Origin: Octopus vulgaris
Taxonomy: Eukaryota
Reading direction: 5' to 3'
DNA: 64,000 nt
Assembly (NCBI GenBank): GCA_951406725.2
Contig: OX597817.1
Location: 13,020,001 to 13,084,000, forward strand
The notes beneath the pieces were generated by a model. That model did no database searches, was not told the DNA's origin, and was given only the letters and a program-made list of their open reading frames with translations. Positions 59,942-64,000 of this stretch are shown here, piece by piece (position 1 is the first letter of the stretch; every line of letters starts with the position of its first letter). A program made the translations under genes and the position numbers.

Positions 59942-61759
59942 GGAGTTAGATTGTTTGTGTTGCAGGCTCTTCATATATTGACATAGGCCTGTTGATATCA
60001 GCTGATATTCAATCTCTATTGCATTAAGGAAAGACAAATTGGACTATGCAATCCTGAGATATAAAAATAAGGGAGTGGTCGTAGCTGAGATGCCTTTGAT
60101 GATAGGTCTGATCGATTAGGGCGAAACAGTGATTACTTTAAACATACAAATCGACCAAAGAAAGAAAATAAATAAAACTAATTACTGTAAACAAAGGGAG
60201 CTGACTCTGAATCTATCTGGCACGAGTTATATTCGCTGGGTTTCTGTTAAATGGACTCCCTGCCCACGCGTAGTTAGTGACAACCGGCTGGCGAAGTTAT
60301 CAAAGAATGAATTCATTTAGCTAAACGATTTAAAGTATATTACCAACTTACCATCTTTAATATATAGATGATAGATCTGGCTAAACAAACTTGAAAAGTT
60401 GTTAACCTACTTTCAGACAACCTGCTGACATTTACAAACAACTTCTTAAAATATGGTTTATAACAAACTAAAGGCTTCAAATTTTAGTGGAAAACTGTTT
60501 AATCACATCGTAACATTCTATGATTGCTTCTTTTTCCAACTGTGAGATTTAAACTTGATCATTTTATCTTTCGATACAGGCCCCCCTTCTTCAATTTGAT
60601 GTCTAAAAATTATTTTTACCATATAATTTCCTAAGAAGTATCACATTTCATTTCATAGTGTTGATAAGAAATGTAGCCATGGTTATTTTAATACACGCAT
60701 GACCTTGACTGTCTATCCAACTGACCATGTTTAAGTTGAGCGAGATTCTTAACAATCTGAAGAATGCCTGGTATTTATTAGCGATTATCTGGTGTTAAAA
60801 TAAACTTTAATGTTTATGGATAACATATGGCAACCTACGGTTCATGTGGGCATTTCATCAACTACATGACTATATAGTTCCTAACGTTACAAACTGGGCT
60901 AACTGGAATTTGACGGCTCTCTAATTCACTACAGAACAGGTGAACTTCGTTCTGATCGCCAAACAATTAAAAAAAATGCCATTCTTTTCACCAACTAATG
61001 CGCAATTTGTGTTCCTTTACTTTCACTGGCATTCCTGACTAACAGAAATTACCTTTTAGCTGGTCTTCGATTCAAAGGTAGGGCTATAGTCAAATTGTCA
61101 TAACAGCACACATCATTCAGTATTCTTCTTACGCTTGACAATCTTAATTTATTAGAAATGCATATACACACATACACACACACCCTCATCATTATTTTGT
61201 TAGCCTATCACTTTAGCAAGGGCTGGACAAGTTCTTACAGTTCAACTTCATTTTTGTTGGGAGCCACTACCCTCACAGGTGGGACAAAATACGATATTTT
61301 GCTTGGGTGTTTCAGTTTTGGCTTAGTTTCTACATTTTTTTGTTGTTGTTTTCTTTTTGTCTTATTTTGTTTTTCATTTTTTTCTTCTTTGCTGAGACTG
61401 GAGAAAGAGGCAGAACCCATGATCTTTACTGGCCACCAAGACCAGTCAGATTGTTACTGTTAATATTTCTTTTAAACTGTTGCTGGGAAGATATACAAAA
61501 TTCCAGACGGATTACATGCTAATTCAGAAGGATTGAGGCATAGTGGTTACTGTGGGACCAGGGAGCACATCATCATCATCATTTAAATGTCCGCTTTCCA
61601 TGCTAGCATGGGTTGGACGATTTTGACTGAGGGCTGGTGAACCAGATGGCTGCACCAGGCTCCAATCTTGATCTGGCAGAGTTTCAACAGCTGGATGCCC
61701 TTCTTAATGCCAACCACTCCGAGAGTGTAGTGGGTGTTTCTTACGTGCCACAAATTTCT

Positions 61760-62300
61760 ATACTAACAACATCATGACATACCTGACTAATAAACCCCAC
61801 CTTCCAAATAAAAACAGGAAATACCCTAAATAACAACAGCATCAACAAGACATTAACCTGCTAAAACATATCACTGACTTACGTTTTTTTGTGAACCTCT
61901 AAAAAGTTCCATTACAGAAAAGTTGACGCACCCAATTACTAAGTTTTTAAATACTGGACTAAACTTTGTACTTTTAAGGATTAGATCCAATAAAACCAAA
62001 ATCAACTAAACTATTGACATTTCCTATGCCCATCCACCAAAAGGTGCTTACAAAAAGTTCTACATATGTGAATAAATTCTAAACAATAGCATAACCCCCA
62101 AATTTAATCACTATAAATTTCTCAAAAACACCTCTCCATAACAACCCACCCTAAAACCTAATTCACATGCCTAAGGAAGGTTTTAACTCAACACAAACTA
62201 TATAAAAGCAAGATTAACTTCAATACATTGCAGTCTGATGATGGCTTAACTGGCCCAAACTTGATTAAGAATAATAAATTTGTACTCTACAAAAATATGG
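61760..62300 (+). mobile_element. Penelope-like relic (GIY-YIG C-terminus plus degenerate hammerhead)
   Basis: CPSTKRCL and HYKFL resemble the Penelope endonuclease end; followed by CTGATGA-TGGC...GCC-CAAA at ~62235-62260. Confidence 0.45.
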
Positions 62301-62355
62301 AGTAACCATCAGATTAATGTAAAATTAATCAGAGTAACCATCAGATTAATGTAAA

Positions 62356-62750
62356 AGGAGTGGATGTGTGGTAAGTAGCTTGTTTTTCAACCACATGGTT
62401 CCGGGTTCAGTCTCACTGCGTGGCATCTTGGGCAAGTGTCTTCTGCTATGGCCTCGGACCGACCAAAGCCTTGTGAGTGGATTTGGTAGACGGAAACTGA
62501 AGGAAGCCTGTCGTATATATGTATATATATATATATATGCGTCTGTGTGTTTGTCCCCCTAGCATTGCTTGACAACCGATGCTGGTGTGTTTACGTCCCC
62601 GTCACTTAGCGGTTCGGCAAAAGAGACCGATAGAATAAGTACTGGGCTTACAAAAGAATAAGTCACGGGGTCGAGTTGCTTGACTAAAGGCGGTGCTCCA
62701 GCATGGCCACAGTCAAATGACTGAAACAAGTAAAAGAGAGTAAAGAGAGA
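62356..62750 (+). mobile_element. SINE family A
   Basis: Matches 4010-4430. Confidence 0.9.
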
Positions 62751-63419
62751 GAGTATTATAACAGAACATAAACACAAACACATACATATATACCGCATAA
62801 TAGCAGTATTGGTGATAATTACACCACAGCTGGAAATTGATTGCTGATGAGAGTAGGGAATAACCCCCTACCTTTTACTCTCAAAGCCAACAGGTGCCGT
62901 GACTGAACGAGAACAATACAGCTGAAGACGATGACTAGCACCAAAGATGCCGAAAAGACATGAAAATTAATATTTAATCTCTTTAAATCTTAAATGCCAC
63001 ATAAGTGAATTGATCATTAAACTATAATAATAATGAAATTATTGTATACAGTGCTCAGGTGCACCACAACTTGTCAGAAAGTGTGTATGTAGGTAGGAAT
63101 TTTTTTTTTTTTGCCAGATCTGACTGGGCCTGATGCGGTCTTCCGGCTTCACAGACCCCAGTTGAACCGTCCAACCCATGCTAGCATGGAAAACGGATGC
63201 TAAATGATGGTGATGATGATGTGTCCATTTGGCTTCTGCAAAAGTGCATTCGGCATCCTGTCTGAGCATGATAAGTATGTATATATGTATGCATGTATGT
63301 ATGTTTTCACATGGACAGTATAAAAATGATGCTCTTTGTTTCTGTCCATAACTTAGTGTTTTAGTGAATAAAGACTGATTGTTACCAGAGTTAAAAATAT
63401 GTACTGGGGTTTATATATA

Positions 63420-63630
63420 TATTTCTTTACTACCCACAAGGGGCTTGACACAGAGAGGACAAACAAGGACAGACAAAGGGATTAAGTCGATTACATTGAC
63501 TCCAGTGCGTAACTGGTACTTAATTTATCAACCCCGAAAGGATGAAAGGCAACGTCGACCTCGGCGGAATTTGAACTTGGAACGTAACGACAGATGAAAT
63601 ACATCAACGCATTTCGCCCGGCGTGCTAAA
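63420..63630 (-). mobile_element. SINE family B
   Basis: Closely matches 37430-37632. Confidence 0.85.
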
Positions 63631-64000
63631 CTGGGGTTTATATGATTGATTAAAACCCTTCGTGGTGGTCCTCCAGCTTCACTACAATTCATTGACTGGC
63701 ACAAGAGTAAACTGTTAAAGATATAACCTCTCAGTTTTCATACAACATAGATAAGACATTAACTAAGTTAAATGCTTTATTTTAATTTTATTTTTCTTGG
63801 ATGCCTTTAATGCCAACACTTTGTCCTTGGATGCCTTTATCAGAGTTCACTGTAGAACCCTTCAAATCAGAACCCTTGTTCTGCTCCACAAACCCTTTTC
63901 CTGCAGATATTCAAGTTGGTCATCAATCTCACAAGCCTGGGATGACTTACAAAGGCCATGGGCACTATCCCATCCTCCCCTGACTAAATTTAGTTTTTAA

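Noticed and set aside
61235-61420. Lys-rich 61-aa ORF
   Set aside because: There is an in-frame stop shortly upstream, composition is driven by A-rich tracts, and no motif is recognisable.

Overview
AT-rich, repeat-dense eukaryotic genomic DNA. The repeat landscape (tRNA-derived SINEs, RTE/CR1 LINE ends, microsatellites) suggests an Octopus genome; this is inferred, not proven. One clear protein-coding gene is present: a five-exon CDV3 homolog on the minus strand (ATG 51238, stop 28777; 720 nt, 239 aa; all GT-AG phases checked by hand). A second candidate gene, missed by the ORF track, is a two-exon small secreted prepropeptide on the minus strand (7409-7300 and 6890/6875-6800). The rest is nested transposon material: about 25 5'-truncated RTE 3' ends, several SINE families, CR1/L2 and RTE fragments, two Ty3/Gypsy relics, a full-length mariner, a Merlin relic with a matching MITE, piggyBac/hAT/Tc1 MITEs, Helitron-like elements and Penelope relics. 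The most unusual signals are RNA-structural: an apparently non-circularly permuted hammerhead ribozyme in the 3' UTR of a HERO/R2-like retroelement end (54309-54375), and a tRNA-headed SINE carrying a minimal Penelope-type hammerhead inside CDV3 intron 2 (33190-33235). Repeat boundaries are approximate unless a target-site duplication (TSD) is quoted. No searches or folding computations were run.
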